Shown here: piece after piece, positions 20,287 to 29,528 of the stretch
Layout of the letters: each line of letters begins with the position of its first letter
Position numbering within the stretch: position 1 is the first letter of the stretch
Source of the DNA: Candidatus Thorarchaeota archaeon
GTDB lineage: Archaea > Asgardarchaeota > Thorarchaeia > Thorarchaeales > Thorarchaeaceae
Assembly: GCA_046758445.1 (NCBI GenBank)
Contig: JBHIAE010000009.1
Location: 1 to 64,000, forward strand
Direction of reading: 5' to 3'
DNA length: 64,000 nucleotides
The notes under the pieces: model-generated
What the model was told of the DNA's origin: nothing
The model's input: the letters and a program-made list of their open reading frames with translations, nothing else
The model's database searches: none
Made by a program: the position numbers and the translations under genes

Positions 20287-20331
20287 AATGACATACTTGC
20301 CATGTCGACTTGTTGCCAGCGCGAGTTCCTT

Positions 20332-20925
20332 CTATTTCTCCCCCACAAAGGTCCCTGGTGGATATGTTTCCATGAACTCCTCTCTCAGAATGTCCATAAT
20401 GAGAAGGTCGTGATACTCCCCGGCCATGTACTCCGTTTTGCGGAGCAGTCCGACCCTCTTGAAACCGCATTTCTCGTAGGCCCGCACAGCTCTCTCGTTG
20501 TCAGTAAAAGAATCTAGATAGATGCTACGAAGACCGAGGATGTGAAATCCTATCCAAAGCATGACTCTTGTTGCATCTGTACCATAGCCCTTTGAACGAT
20601 GCACGGGGTCGTAAATTGAAACCCCCAGTTCTGCTCGACGATGTGGACTCCTGATGTCCTCAAACCTGGCTATCCCAAGGAACTCATTGTTCTCTTTGTC
20701 AGCTATGGCCAAAGTCAGGCAGCCGTCTTTCCATGGGTCTGTCTTTGAAGCCCAGTCGAACCACTCCTTCCTTGATGACCTCGAACTCGGGATAGGAACA
20801 CCAATCGTCCTCCGGAGTTCCCATGTGTTCCAGTACTTCAGAATGACGTCCAAGTCAGGCGGTTCCAAGGCTCTCAGGCAGACCAGTTCTCCGTAGTACA
20901 TATGAGCCGAGAAGCCAGCTGCCAA
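20332..20925 (-). CDS. GNAT acetyltransferase, RimJ/RimL family
   Basis: 'HRSKGYGTDA', 'NERAVRAYEKCGFKRVG'. Confidence 0.9.
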   Translation of the reverse strand: MAAGFSAHMYYGELVCLRALEPPDLDVILKYWNTWELRRTIGVPIPSSRSSRKEWFDWASKTDPWKDGCLTLAIADKENNEFLGIARFEDIRSPHRRAELGVSIYDPVHRSKGYGTDATRVMLWIGFHILGLRSIYLDSFTDNERAVRAYEKCGFKRVGLLRKTEYMAGEYHDLLIMDILREEFMETYPPGTFVGEK

Positions 20926-21029
20926 TTAAAGCTCACCGAATACAGAGGAATCACGTCTTCGTGTATTCTGCCAGCTGAGATGTAACAGGAAGCATACTTT
21001 TATCATGGACTAACAGGCCGAAGGATTAC

Positions 21030-21710
21030 TTGGTGAAACGGATGGAACTCAAAGGTCCACTTTGTTACATCCTGGACTGGGATGACATCTACAGCTATGC
21101 GTTTCAAACAGCCTTGAAGATCAAGGAATCTAACTGGAAACCTGATGCCATTGTTGGAATTGCACGAGGTGGCTGGGTCCACGCAAGAATCCAATGCGAC
21201 CTACTAGGCATCAAGAACTTATTCAGTGTGAAAGTGGACCACTGGGGAGTTACTGCCACCAAAGATGGACACGCGAAACTCTCAGTCCCTCTCACGGGAG
21301 ATGTCAAGGGCAAGAAGGTCCTCGTGGTTGACGACATAACTGATACGGGACAGAGTCTTACTACTGCGGTCAATCACGTGAAGGAAGTAGGAGAACCAGA
21401 GGAGGTCAAGACCGCGGCGCTCATGCACATTGACGGATCCGAGTTCGTGCCTGACTACTATGGTGTCGAGATTACATGGGCGTGGGAGATTTGGCCCTGG
21501 AACTTCTATGAGGACGTCACTTCTCTCATCACCAAGATCTTCGAGGGAGAGAGTGTCACAGAGCTCAGTACGGCCGAAATGAAGAAACACTTGAGAGAGT
21601 ACAACAATGTGGTTCTGTCAGATGAGCAGCTTTCCAAGATAAAGGCGCACATGGGATTCCTTGGAAGGATTGAATATCCACTAGACAAGATCTGGCGTCT
21701 GAAAGAATGA
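21030..21710 (+). CDS. Type I phosphoribosyltransferase (archaeal hypoxanthine/guanine PRT-like)
   Basis: 'IARGG', PRPP loop 'VLVVDDITDTGQSL', 'W..WPW'. Confidence 0.88.
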   Translation: MVKRMELKGPLCYILDWDDIYSYAFQTALKIKESNWKPDAIVGIARGGWVHARIQCDLLGIKNLFSVKVDHWGVTATKDGHAKLSVPLTGDVKGKKVLVVDDITDTGQSLTTAVNHVKEVGEPEEVKTAALMHIDGSEFVPDYYGVEITWAWEIWPWNFYEDVTSLITKIFEGESVTELSTAEMKKHLREYNNVVLSDEQLSKIKAHMGFLGRIEYPLDKIWRLKE

Positions 21711-21781
21711 GAAACTCTTTGATTCGTTACGATTCTTTCTGTTGAGGGGTCCTTCTGAATTTCAAGTCTTAACAATCGAGA

Positions 21782-21796
21782 CGGAAGTGTTTTCTA
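21782..21796 (+). promoter_or_regulatory. Shared upstream motif CGGAAGYGTTTTCTA (copy 1)
   Basis: 14/15 identical to 22459-22473; begins 85 nt before the start codon. Confidence 0.5.
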
Positions 21797-21866
21797 CTAG
21801 CTGTGACTTCAGTTTGACCGAAGGGCAGATGGATCAGATGCCCCTTCAATAGGAGGAGAGACTGAC

Positions 21867-22421
21867 TTGAGCAACTTGAATAGAGCACTCCTAGTTCTAG
21901 GTGCCATCGGAGCCTTACTCTACACCATAGTACGCTGGACCAACTTGCTTATGACAATACCTGGTGAAGTCTGGCTCTTGTTTGCCTTCACATCCTATGT
22001 GTTGATGATCTTGGGCGTATTGGCATTCTACAGGAAGAGCGGCAATCCAATACACATCCTCACAGTTCTGGTCATGCTTGTTCATACTGCGACAGTTCAC
22101 TTTCTCCATATGCTTTGGGTCATTGACCCCGTTGCGTTTCCGTGGGTTGATACAGCCTCAATCTGACGAAATGAGCTGTTTGGCCCGATCTTGGCGCTGA
22201 CATGGCTGCTTATAGCATTATCAGCTTTCATGATGCGTGAGGAGTATGGCAACTTCATGACCGTGAGTGCTGTTGTGTTTGTCATCTGGAGCATCATCCA
22301 CGTAGTCGACAAGGTACTCGCTTTTGAATGGCCGATCGCTGACATGACGCTATACACCCGTACGTTCGTCGGAGCGATTGCCGTCCTTCTCTTTCTTTAC
22401 GCAACAATGAAAGAGAGCTGA
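21867..22421 (+). pseudogene. Multi-TM membrane protein interrupted by an in-frame TGA (22164-22166); paralogue of 22543..23127
   Basis: The two ORFs are in the same frame and separated by one TGA; they share 'LGAIG', 'RKSGN.I' and 'SA..MRE/LRE' with the downstream intact copy. Confidence 0.75.
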
Positions 22422-22458
22422 AACAGGCACCGCAACTGAGCATCGACCACATGGCAGG

Positions 22459-22473
22459 CGGAAGCGTTTTCTA
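22459..22473 (+). promoter_or_regulatory. Shared upstream motif CGGAAGYGTTTTCTA (copy 2)
   Basis: Begins 84 nt before the TTG start at 22543. Confidence 0.5.
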
Positions 22474-22542
22474 GAAGGCATGCCATAAAGATACGGCGAG
22501 GGACTAATCAATTGAAAGTCGCTTTGTAAGGAGAGAGATTAG

Positions 22543-23127
22543 TTGAGTAATGCAACAAAAGCCTCGTTCATACTCGGTGCTATTGGTGGCTTCCTCATCG
22601 CACTAATGTACACCCGAAACATTCTTGGCTTGACCTGGGATGGTGTTGCGTGGAATTACCAACAGTTCTTATTGATATTGATCCTGGGGCGCATCTTAGT
22701 CAGTATAGGGTTCATTGGGCTATGGCGAAAGAGCGGGAACGTCATTCCGCTAGTCAGTGCTATATTCATCATCCTGTGGGTTAGCACCTATACCTTACTA
22801 TGGTACTTGGCCAATTTCACCTTGTTGTTGCCTGCTGGGTTCGACCCCGGAGATTTCACTGGCATTGCGTGGATAAGCGCAGGCGTGGGCTGGATCACTG
22901 CAGGGATTTCTGCATGGTTGCTTCGCGAGAAGTTTAGTGCGTTTTCCATTGTTGCTGCCTTGATGTTCTTAGCTTTTGGCGCTGTGATGTTGGTTATAGG
23001 ACTACTGCAGAGCTTGATGATCCCACCTCAATTGTGGGATTACTTCCTGAGAAACTCGTGGCGAATGATTTGCGGAGTGAATGGCATAGTCGCAGGCATA
23101 TACTTCCTTGATGCCGCAAGAACGTAG
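22543..23127 (+). CDS. Uncharacterised ~6-TM membrane protein
   Basis: Hydrophobic 194-aa ORF; SD AAGGAG upstream. Confidence 0.8.
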   Translation: MSNATKASFILGAIGGFLIALMYTRNILGLTWDGVAWNYQQFLLILILGRILVSIGFIGLWRKSGNVIPLVSAIFIILWVSTYTLLWYLANFTLLLPAGFDPGDFTGIAWISAGVGWITAGISAWLLREKFSAFSIVAALMFLAFGAVMLVIGLLQSLMIPPQLWDYFLRNSWRMICGVNGIVAGIYFLDAART

Positions 23128-23299
23128 ACCTATCTTCGGTCCTGGTGTCAAACGAAGTCGTAGATTCGACCGTTCAATAGACAGGCAGAGGTTCTTGGAT
23201 GGCCAAATCTCCTCGACTTCCCGGTCAGAGGATGTGCTACCTTACGTATAAATGGGAGATTGCCCCCTCCCCCGATAGATTACTCTGAGTTGAGAGATT

Positions 23300-24160
23300 A
23301 TGGCGTTTGAGGCGAAACTCGAGTTCGTTCCATTGGACCGAACCCAGAAAGAGGAGATTGAGAGTCTTCTCCCGATTGAGATTGGAATGTTTGGGGGAAG
23401 TGGCAACTATGATCCCACAGTCATAGAGAATCCGATGGAAATCAAGGTCTTCACGCCATATGGAGAACCATCAGACCACTTCATCGTAGGCAGGGCGAGA
23501 GGGCGAAGTTTTGCGTTCCTGGCAAGACACGGTCGAGGACACGTACTACCACCACATGCAATCAACTACAGAGCCAACATCTGGGGAATGAAATCGCTCG
23601 GGGTGAAGAGAATCATCAGTCCTGCCGCATGTGGCAGTCTTCAACCTGACAGGATAAAGCTTGGTGAGTTTGTCATTGCAGACCAGATCTTCGATAGAAC
23701 CTTCGGACGAAGGGCGGACACATTCTTTGATGGCGGTCCCATTGCTCATTTGCCGTTTGGAGAACCGTTCTGCCCGGAGCTTCGCAAGGTGGCAGTCGAC
23801 ACGGCAGGCAAAATCAACTACAAAGTCCACGACAAAGGCACATATGTCTGCATCAACGGACCACGCTTCTCGACAGCGGCGGAGTCTATGTTCTATCATG
23901 GTCAGGGTTGGGAAGTCATCGGAATGACCGCCTATCCAGAGGCTGCGCTGGCAATGGAGGGAGGGATGTGTTTTGTAAACATCTCGATGCCAACAGACTA
24001 TGATGTACATGGAGAAGAACACGTTACTCACGAACTCGTCCTGAAGACAATGTCAGATAATATCGAGAGAGTGAGAAAGCTCACCTTCGAGATGATCGAT
24101 GGCATTCCAAAGAAGGCAGGTTGTGATTGTCAGACCAAGATGAAAGGCGGTCTCTTCTGA
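23300..24160 (+). CDS. mtnP: S-methyl-5'-thioadenosine phosphorylase
   Basis: 'IGMFGGSG', 'TPYGEPS', 'ARHGRGH..PPH.INYRANIW', 'GPRFST.AES', 'GMT..PEA', 'TDYD'. Confidence 0.92.
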   Translation: MAFEAKLEFVPLDRTQKEEIESLLPIEIGMFGGSGNYDPTVIENPMEIKVFTPYGEPSDHFIVGRARGRSFAFLARHGRGHVLPPHAINYRANIWGMKSLGVKRIISPAACGSLQPDRIKLGEFVIADQIFDRTFGRRADTFFDGGPIAHLPFGEPFCPELRKVAVDTAGKINYKVHDKGTYVCINGPRFSTAAESMFYHGQGWEVIGMTAYPEAALAMEGGMCFVNISMPTDYDVHGEEHVTHELVLKTMSDNIERVRKLTFEMIDGIPKKAGCDCQTKMKGGLF

Positions 24161-24243
24161 AGGCAAACAAAGGCGTGAGTTCCGATCTCTGGTTACCCAC
24201 GCCTCAGTCTTCTAGGGACGGCAATGGTCAGAACCATGGCGAA

Positions 24244-24324
24244 CTACCAGTCGTCATCATCTTCCCATTCATCGTCTTCCCAGTCTTCTTCCTCAGTGAA
24301 CCAATCTTCATCGTCGAAGGACAA
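24244..24324 (-). CDS. 26-aa Trp/acidic microprotein MSFDDEDWFTEEEDWEDDEWEDDDDW (not in the ORF track)
   Basis: TTG start 5 nt after SD GGGGTGA; 17 of 26 residues are D/E, with 4 Trp; sits alone in an intergenic gap. Confidence 0.7.
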   Translation of the reverse strand: MSFDDEDWFTEEEDWEDDEWEDDDDW

Positions 24325-24445
24325 AGAGTTCACCCCACGCACGGTGGTATCTCGTTCTGAAATAAGCCTATCTTCGGCCATCTTATTGTCCGCACCAAAG
24401 AAGTGATAGCCTTCTCATTATTCAGGTATCACAGGTGTCCACAGA

Positions 24446-25246
24446 ATGCTCAGAATTGCAGTTGGTCAGATGGAACCCAAGATAGGTGACCCTGATGGCA
24501 ATTTGACCAAGATGGCGACCGTTCTTGACAACGCTGCTGAGAACGGAGTTGATGTTCTTGTGTTGCCCGAGCTCGTAAACTCGGGCTATATGTTCGAGAG
24601 CATTGAAGAAGTTGATGAACTAGCCGAAACAATCCCAGAAGGCCCATTCTCTCAGATGCTGCTGAATTGGTCTGCAAGGAACGCTCTCGTAGTGGCAGGC
24701 CTATGCGAAAGAAGAGCAACAGGTTTCTCTAATTCAGCAGCAATCTTTGCGAATCGAGAACATCTATCAACCTACAGGAAGATTCAACTATTCGACCGTG
24801 AGAAAGAGTGGTTTGACCCCGGAAACGAGGAACCACCCGTCGTCGAATTCCGCGGACATCGATTCGGAGTAATAGTGTGTTTTGACTGGTCGTTTCCAGA
24901 ACTCGCAAGGTTACTTGCTCTGAAAGGCGCACAGATCATTCTCCATCCTGCCAATCTGGTTCTTCCCTATTGTCCCGACGCGATGATTACGAGATCGATT
25001 GAGAATCGAGTCTTCACTGCCACAGCAGGCAGAATCGGCGATGAGAAAGGAGTCTGCTTCATTGGCGGTTCTCAGATTACAACACCAAAGGGAGTAGTAA
25101 TGCTCCGGATGCCCGAGGACGAGGAAGGAATCTCTTGGGTGGATGTAGATTTGACCGAGGCAGACAACAAGTCAGTCACAAGACACAATGACGTGCTGAA
25201 AGACAGAAGGCCCGAGTTGTACACGCGACTTACTGAGATTCCTTAG
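24446..25246 (+). CDS. Nitrilase/carbon-nitrogen hydrolase family protein
   Basis: Catalytic triad motifs 'VLPEL', 'YRKIQL', 'VCFDWSFPE'. Confidence 0.92.
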   Translation: MLRIAVGQMEPKIGDPDGNLTKMATVLDNAAENGVDVLVLPELVNSGYMFESIEEVDELAETIPEGPFSQMLLNWSARNALVVAGLCERRATGFSNSAAIFANREHLSTYRKIQLFDREKEWFDPGNEEPPVVEFRGHRFGVIVCFDWSFPELARLLALKGAQIILHPANLVLPYCPDAMITRSIENRVFTATAGRIGDEKGVCFIGGSQITTPKGVVMLRMPEDEEGISWVDVDLTEADNKSVTRHNDVLKDRRPELYTRLTEIP

Positions 25247-25613
25247 TCTTACTCGGGATACGTCCCCGCCACTCTTCAGCTGGATACTTGTCAGAGTTCT
25301 TCGCCAGTTTTTCCAGTATCGCACGTGTGGGATTGATACCAGCTGTGTCAGCGATTCTTATCAGATAGATCATAACATCTGCAAGCTCCCCCGCCAACAG
25401 CGCACGATATTCGTTATCCTCCAGATAGGTTTCAATCTCTTCATCAGTGAGCCACTGGAAGAGCTCTAGCAGTTCGCCGAGTTCTATGGATGCTGAAACT
25501 GCCAGGGCGGCAGGTTTCTGAAATGACTCCCAGTTGCGAGCCCGTACAAATCCACGGACAAGAATCATCAAGTCTTCTAGAGTGTGCTTATCCGGTTCGG
25601 CTTTCGGTGTCAA
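25230..25613 (-). CDS. MazG-like nucleotide pyrophosphohydrolase (dCTPase type)
   Basis: 'IELGELLELFQW', 'ELADVMIYL', 'KNSDKYP'. Confidence 0.9.
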   Translation of the reverse strand: MTPKAEPDKHTLEDLMILVRGFVRARNWESFQKPAALAVSASIELGELLELFQWLTDEEIETYLEDNEYRALLAGELADVMIYLIRIADTAGINPTRAILEKLAKNSDKYPAEEWRGRIPSKTKESQ

Positions 25614-26164
25614 TCGGCTTTCTCCTCAGCGTACGAACGTCTCACAATCCAGATGCTATAGACTGCGAAGATACCAATGAGCATAGTCAATGATACAAGG
25701 GGTGTGTCAATCCCATATAGAATGGAAGCTCCAGTCAGCGCCCAGCTGAGAGTGTCGGCGGTTCCAATTACGGAAGTGACAAGTATCGCTATAATGAATG
25801 CTGGCCCTACGTAGCGCATCCTCGTCTGTGACTTGACCCATGCTTCTAGGGAGAAGGCTATGCCCATGAGAGCGAAGATCATCGAAACATAGTAGCCCAG
25901 AATGAGGTAGTTGTACTGAAACCAGACTTCAACAGGCCAAGGTAGTATCACTGCAAATCCGATGAGTATCAAAATGAAAGTCACTCGTGGCCAGGGGTCT
26001 GCCACGAAAGCCTCCAGTCTTTCGCCAGCGGGACGGCGAGGTACAACCTCTCTAGAGGGTTCCCAGTCCTCGTATTCTTCATCATCCTCATATTCTTCTT
26101 CATCGAACTCGTCGTCTTCCTCGTCATCATAGTCCTCTTCAGAATCGAACTCGTCGTTGAACAT
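25610..26164 (-). CDS. 4-TM membrane protein with a highly acidic N-terminus
   Basis: 'FNDEFDSEEDYDDEEDDEFDEEEYEDDEEYEDW' followed by four TM segments. Confidence 0.8.
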   Translation of the reverse strand: MFNDEFDSEEDYDDEEDDEFDEEEYEDDEEYEDWEPSREVVPRRPAGERLEAFVADPWPRVTFILILIGFAVILPWPVEVWFQYNYLILGYYVSMIFALMGIAFSLEAWVKSQTRMRYVGPAFIIAILVTSVIGTADTLSWALTGASILYGIDTPLVSLTMLIGIFAVYSIWIVRRSYAEEKAD

Positions 26165-26319
26165 GGAGGCATCCTCTTCCGTTTTGTGACCTGTCGTGTG
26201 TGCGGCTCCGTTAAAACCCTTGTTGTCTGCGGGATTCAGTGCCATCAATTCTCAACGGATTGTTGCAGTTCACAACAAGCATTCGACCGAAGAATGGTTA
26301 AAACAATCTGTTCAGAAGC

Positions 26320-26916
26320 ATGCGTAGGGTGTTCGATCTATTGAGTGCTGAAGACCAGCTATTGGAGGCAGAGGCGCTGCGCCAAGAGGGAAAGTACACT
26401 CAGGCAATAGAGGCGTATCGTGCTGTTCTCAATATTGACCAGGAGAATCTAGTTGCACTCAACGGGATGGGACTTGTTCATGTACTCGTGGGAGAACAGA
26501 ATCTGGCCATTAACGCCTTTGAGCTAGCCATGTCGATTGCCCCGTATGACTATAGAGGACACAGCAACAAGGCAGAAGCGTATCTCACCATTGGTGGATT
26601 CGAGGATGCATTATCAGCCGCAGATGAGGGTCTGAAGCTCGCCCCGGAAAATGCAGAGCTCTGGACCAAGAGAGCACGGGCCCTTGAGAGCATGATGCGC
26701 ATCGATGAAGCTGTTGATGCATTCAACGAGGCAATAAAGTACGATTCGGAGAATCCAGATACTTGGAAGGCACTGGCTCTCTGTTTTGATGCACAGCAAA
26801 AGTGGACTGAAGTCGCTCGCGCATACAGAATTGCGGCGGGACTTCATGAGAGGCGCGGAGAGAATGGCGATGCCGACAGCTGTCACAAATTCGCTGAGCT
26901 TGCCGAAAAATCGTAG
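26320..26916 (+). CDS. TPR-repeat protein
   Basis: About five TPR-like repeats. Confidence 0.85.
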   Translation: MRRVFDLLSAEDQLLEAEALRQEGKYTQAIEAYRAVLNIDQENLVALNGMGLVHVLVGEQNLAINAFELAMSIAPYDYRGHSNKAEAYLTIGGFEDALSAADEGLKLAPENAELWTKRARALESMMRIDEAVDAFNEAIKYDSENPDTWKALALCFDAQQKWTEVARAYRIAAGLHERRGENGDADSCHKFAELAEKS

Positions 26917-27004
26917 TTCTTGATTCGGTTTGGGGCGTGTGAGGTAGGTCCCCGGATCATGCTGTGATGTGACGATCCGGGGATACTGCCCGAGCCTCTT
27001 CTCG

Positions 27005-28678
27005 TCATCTCCTCCTGCTGAAGACAACGACAAGTATCACTACGCCTACGGCCCCAGCGATGTACAGGCCATATTCAGCTAAGAACTCCATGAGAGGGTT
27101 GCCATCTGTTGTGGTAGTGGTGGTGGTTGTCGTAGTAATGATTGATCCTATGGAGTTGCGTACGCGTATCACCATCTCCATGCCGAGATGCCAATTCGTG
27201 CCGTTTCTGACGGATGCCTGCACTGTGATGTTAGTGCCATCAACCTGTGGAGATATCACGTAAAAGTAGTTCGCAGTAGTTTCTTGATAGTTTTGGGTAG
27301 TATTGTAGAAGTTGGACGTGATTGTGTGGTTGGTCCACTGGCCGCTGCCAATCTTGACACCCAGAGACACTTCATCAATGTCCGGAAACAGCATATGAGC
27401 AAAGACTGTGACATTGATCTCGGACTCGCTGTTCGGGATGTTGGGTTCCCAGTACACGTTGATGTGGTCACCATTACCTGCGTCACCGAGAGCCGAGTCA
27501 TAGTCGTATACTTCAAGATACCACTGGGCGACATTCTCATTTTCTATGATGACTCCTGCTTCCCGGTTGTCACCAATGCTGCCGTCACTGTAGTTTATGC
27601 TGCTTATGAGCACTATTCTCCCGTCGACAATGATGCCCTTGTTGTGTTGGGCTTGGAACCATGTTTCGTATTGGTATACAACAGGTATTCCATGAGTTCT
27701 GAACTCTTCAGCCACAACTTCCACGTCAGGCTTCGCACCCTCTTCTGTTATCACACGGACGGTCACTCCACGGTTCTTGGCCGCAATGATGGCATCGATT
27801 ACTTGATCGACTTCACCGGCATCTCCGACGCTCGTGAAGTACGGAATCTGAATGTCCAGAGTTGCCTGAGCGGAGTTGATACAATACAGTATGCCTTGTA
27901 GGCTTGTGTCAGGGCTGAAGATTGGTGTTACATTCATTGGACCACTGAAGTGTCCTGGTTGACTGAAAGGTCGTGGATATGAGCTACCTGTCTGGTTGTA
28001 TGAGAGGGGGGAGCCAGTTCCATGTTCAGTTGAGTTATAGTCAATTCCATTGCCCCAGTCGTAATCAAAGACATCTCTGTAGTAATCTGTGACCACTGTG
28101 TCCGTCATAGCAATACTCCATTCCCTATTGGCCCTCTTGCCGTCTTCAGGGAAGCTCGTCTTCGCCCAGTTGCCAGCCTGGACGACGGTCGTCTTGTTGT
28201 CAATGATTACGAACTTCTGGTGAGCAAAAGTAAATTCCGCGTCATTTGTCCACTTCACAGGGAAACCCAGCAGCGTAAGGTTATTGGCCACATAGTCATT
28301 CGGAGAGTAGTAGCCGAGGCTGTTCCAACCCAACAGGAACTTCATTTCGAGTCCAGGCTTGGCGGCATGAAGCTCGTGAATCAAGTCCAGAATGTATGGA
28401 TTGTTGACGCCATAAATCTCAACAAGAATACTCTCCTTAGCACTACTCAGGAAATGCCACAACTCGTCCCTGCTCCCGTCAGGTGATACAAAGGTCGTGA
28501 CATTCATGTTTCTGTTGAAAGTCTGCCAAGTGAACTGTGATAATGCGAAGTTATCGACAGGCGCTCCTCTTGCCGGAAGAAACAATGAAGCAGGAAGAAC
28601 TCCTGATAGCATAAGAGCCACGATTAGCAGACCGATGGTTTTGTGTTGGGTATTCTTCAATCCTGGTCCCTCTTCCAT
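27005..28678 (-). CDS. Cell-surface phospholipase D-family protein
   Basis: Two HKD motifs (HQKFVIID, HNKGIIVD); signal peptide; poly-Thr linker, TM and RRR anchor. Confidence 0.9.
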   Translation of the reverse strand: MEEGPGLKNTQHKTIGLLIVALMLSGVLPASLFLPARGAPVDNFALSQFTWQTFNRNMNVTTFVSPDGSRDELWHFLSSAKESILVEIYGVNNPYILDLIHELHAAKPGLEMKFLLGWNSLGYYSPNDYVANNLTLLGFPVKWTNDAEFTFAHQKFVIIDNKTTVVQAGNWAKTSFPEDGKRANREWSIAMTDTVVTDYYRDVFDYDWGNGIDYNSTEHGTGSPLSYNQTGSSYPRPFSQPGHFSGPMNVTPIFSPDTSLQGILYCINSAQATLDIQIPYFTSVGDAGEVDQVIDAIIAAKNRGVTVRVITEEGAKPDVEVVAEEFRTHGIPVVYQYETWFQAQHNKGIIVDGRIVLISSINYSDGSIGDNREAGVIIENENVAQWYLEVYDYDSALGDAGNGDHINVYWEPNIPNSESEINVTVFAHMLFPDIDEVSLGVKIGSGQWTNHTITSNFYNTTQNYQETTANYFYVISPQVDGTNITVQASVRNGTNWHLGMEMVIRVRNSIGSIITTTTTTTTTTDGNPLMEFLAEYGLYIAGAVGVVILVVVFSRRR

Positions 28679-28761
28679 GCTCTTAGATAGACGCTGTGTT
28701 TATTTGGTCCACTTATAACTTGCTGAGTGTCAACAGAAATCTCTGCAGGTAGGGCGGCGCT

Positions 28762-29022
28762 ATGAAGCTGTTCTATAGAATCGACCCGTCCAAGTATCAG
28801 TCATGTATGGAGAGAATACAGGAGGAGTTTGAGATGCACAAGGAAGTAGACGAGGACAAGACGATTCTAACATTGGATGATGAAGCCAGGATCGTGAAAG
28901 TCACTGGGAGCTTCTTTCCGTGGGAAGAAGATGTGGCAATGGTCAAGGTCATCTTGACTGATGATACACTACGGGGCTTCTTCGACTCGGTTCTGGGCAA
29001 CCCCTACAAAGGGAGGGGGTAG
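28762..29022 (+). CDS. Small hypothetical protein
   Basis: 86-aa ORF with natural composition, ATG start and SD-like GGTAGGG. Confidence 0.65.
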   Translation: MKLFYRIDPSKYQSCMERIQEEFEMHKEVDEDKTILTLDDEARIVKVTGSFFPWEEDVAMVKVILTDDTLRGFFDSVLGNPYKGRG

Positions 29023-29047
29023 AACTGCCAAACGGAGAAATGTCAAG

Positions 29048-29130
29048 GACAGGGGACAAACCGCTGGTTTCAGGGATTCGCCCCTGTCAGGTCTGAGGGG
29101 CCAAAGAGCTAGTGCCCTTGGAAACCCTCA
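29048..29130. terminator. Two adjacent stem-loops between convergent genes
   Basis: GACAGGGG/CCCCTGTC (29048-29088) and TGAGGG/CCCTCA (29094-29130). Confidence 0.5.
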
Positions 29131-29132
29131 TA

Positions 29133-29315
29133 TTACGCCTCTTCGATAGCGCCCTCAGGACAGCTGTCTACGCAGGCGAAGCACTCAGTGCATTCGTCGG
29201 CACGGTCTTCCTGATAGACTGCCTTGTCATTCACAACATACAAGGTTGGATCGACCGGGCAGACATCAGCACAAGTTCCACACGCAGTGCATGCGTCTGT
29301 TACTTTCCACATCAT
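29133..29315 (-). CDS. 2x[4Fe-4S] ferredoxin
   Basis: CTACGTCADVCP and CTECFACVDSCP. Confidence 0.95.
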   Translation of the reverse strand: MMWKVTDACTACGTCADVCPVDPTLYVVNDKAVYQEDRADECTECFACVDSCPEGAIEEA

Positions 29316-29528
29316 GTTGTGTCACTTCACCTTAGGGACTATTACACTAGTCCAGCAATGCTGAGCCGCCATGTGTCACATTTAAACTTCGTTATCTGGC
29401 CAGCACGAAGCTGCGGGCGTTCTAGATGGCGCTTTCGGAACTCCGAATAAGGATGTCAAGGCCGCGCAGAGAATAATCATATGTGAAGTGTAAGGGCAAA
29501 GCCAGAAAACTCCAGCTAGGTGAACATC

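Noticed and set aside
24224-24406. Ser-rich + strand ORF (60 aa) and the overlapping 24127..24360 ORF
   Set aside because: These are antisense shadows of the acidic microprotein codons
27108-27137. GTG/GTA/GTT triplet run (also near 62730-62755) as a DNA repeat
   Set aside because: It is the antisense of poly-Thr linkers with mixed codons
27188-27901. Long antisense ORFs (e.g. 27188..27901, 16316..16861, 41554..42138, 30638..31156)
   Set aside because: They lie opposite well-supported genes and show no motifs of their own
29048-29130. Hairpins 3' of the ferredoxin as a SECIS element
   Set aside because: The ferredoxin has no in-frame TGA, and the UGA in the hairpin is Watson-Crick paired; a terminator or stability role between convergent genes is simpler
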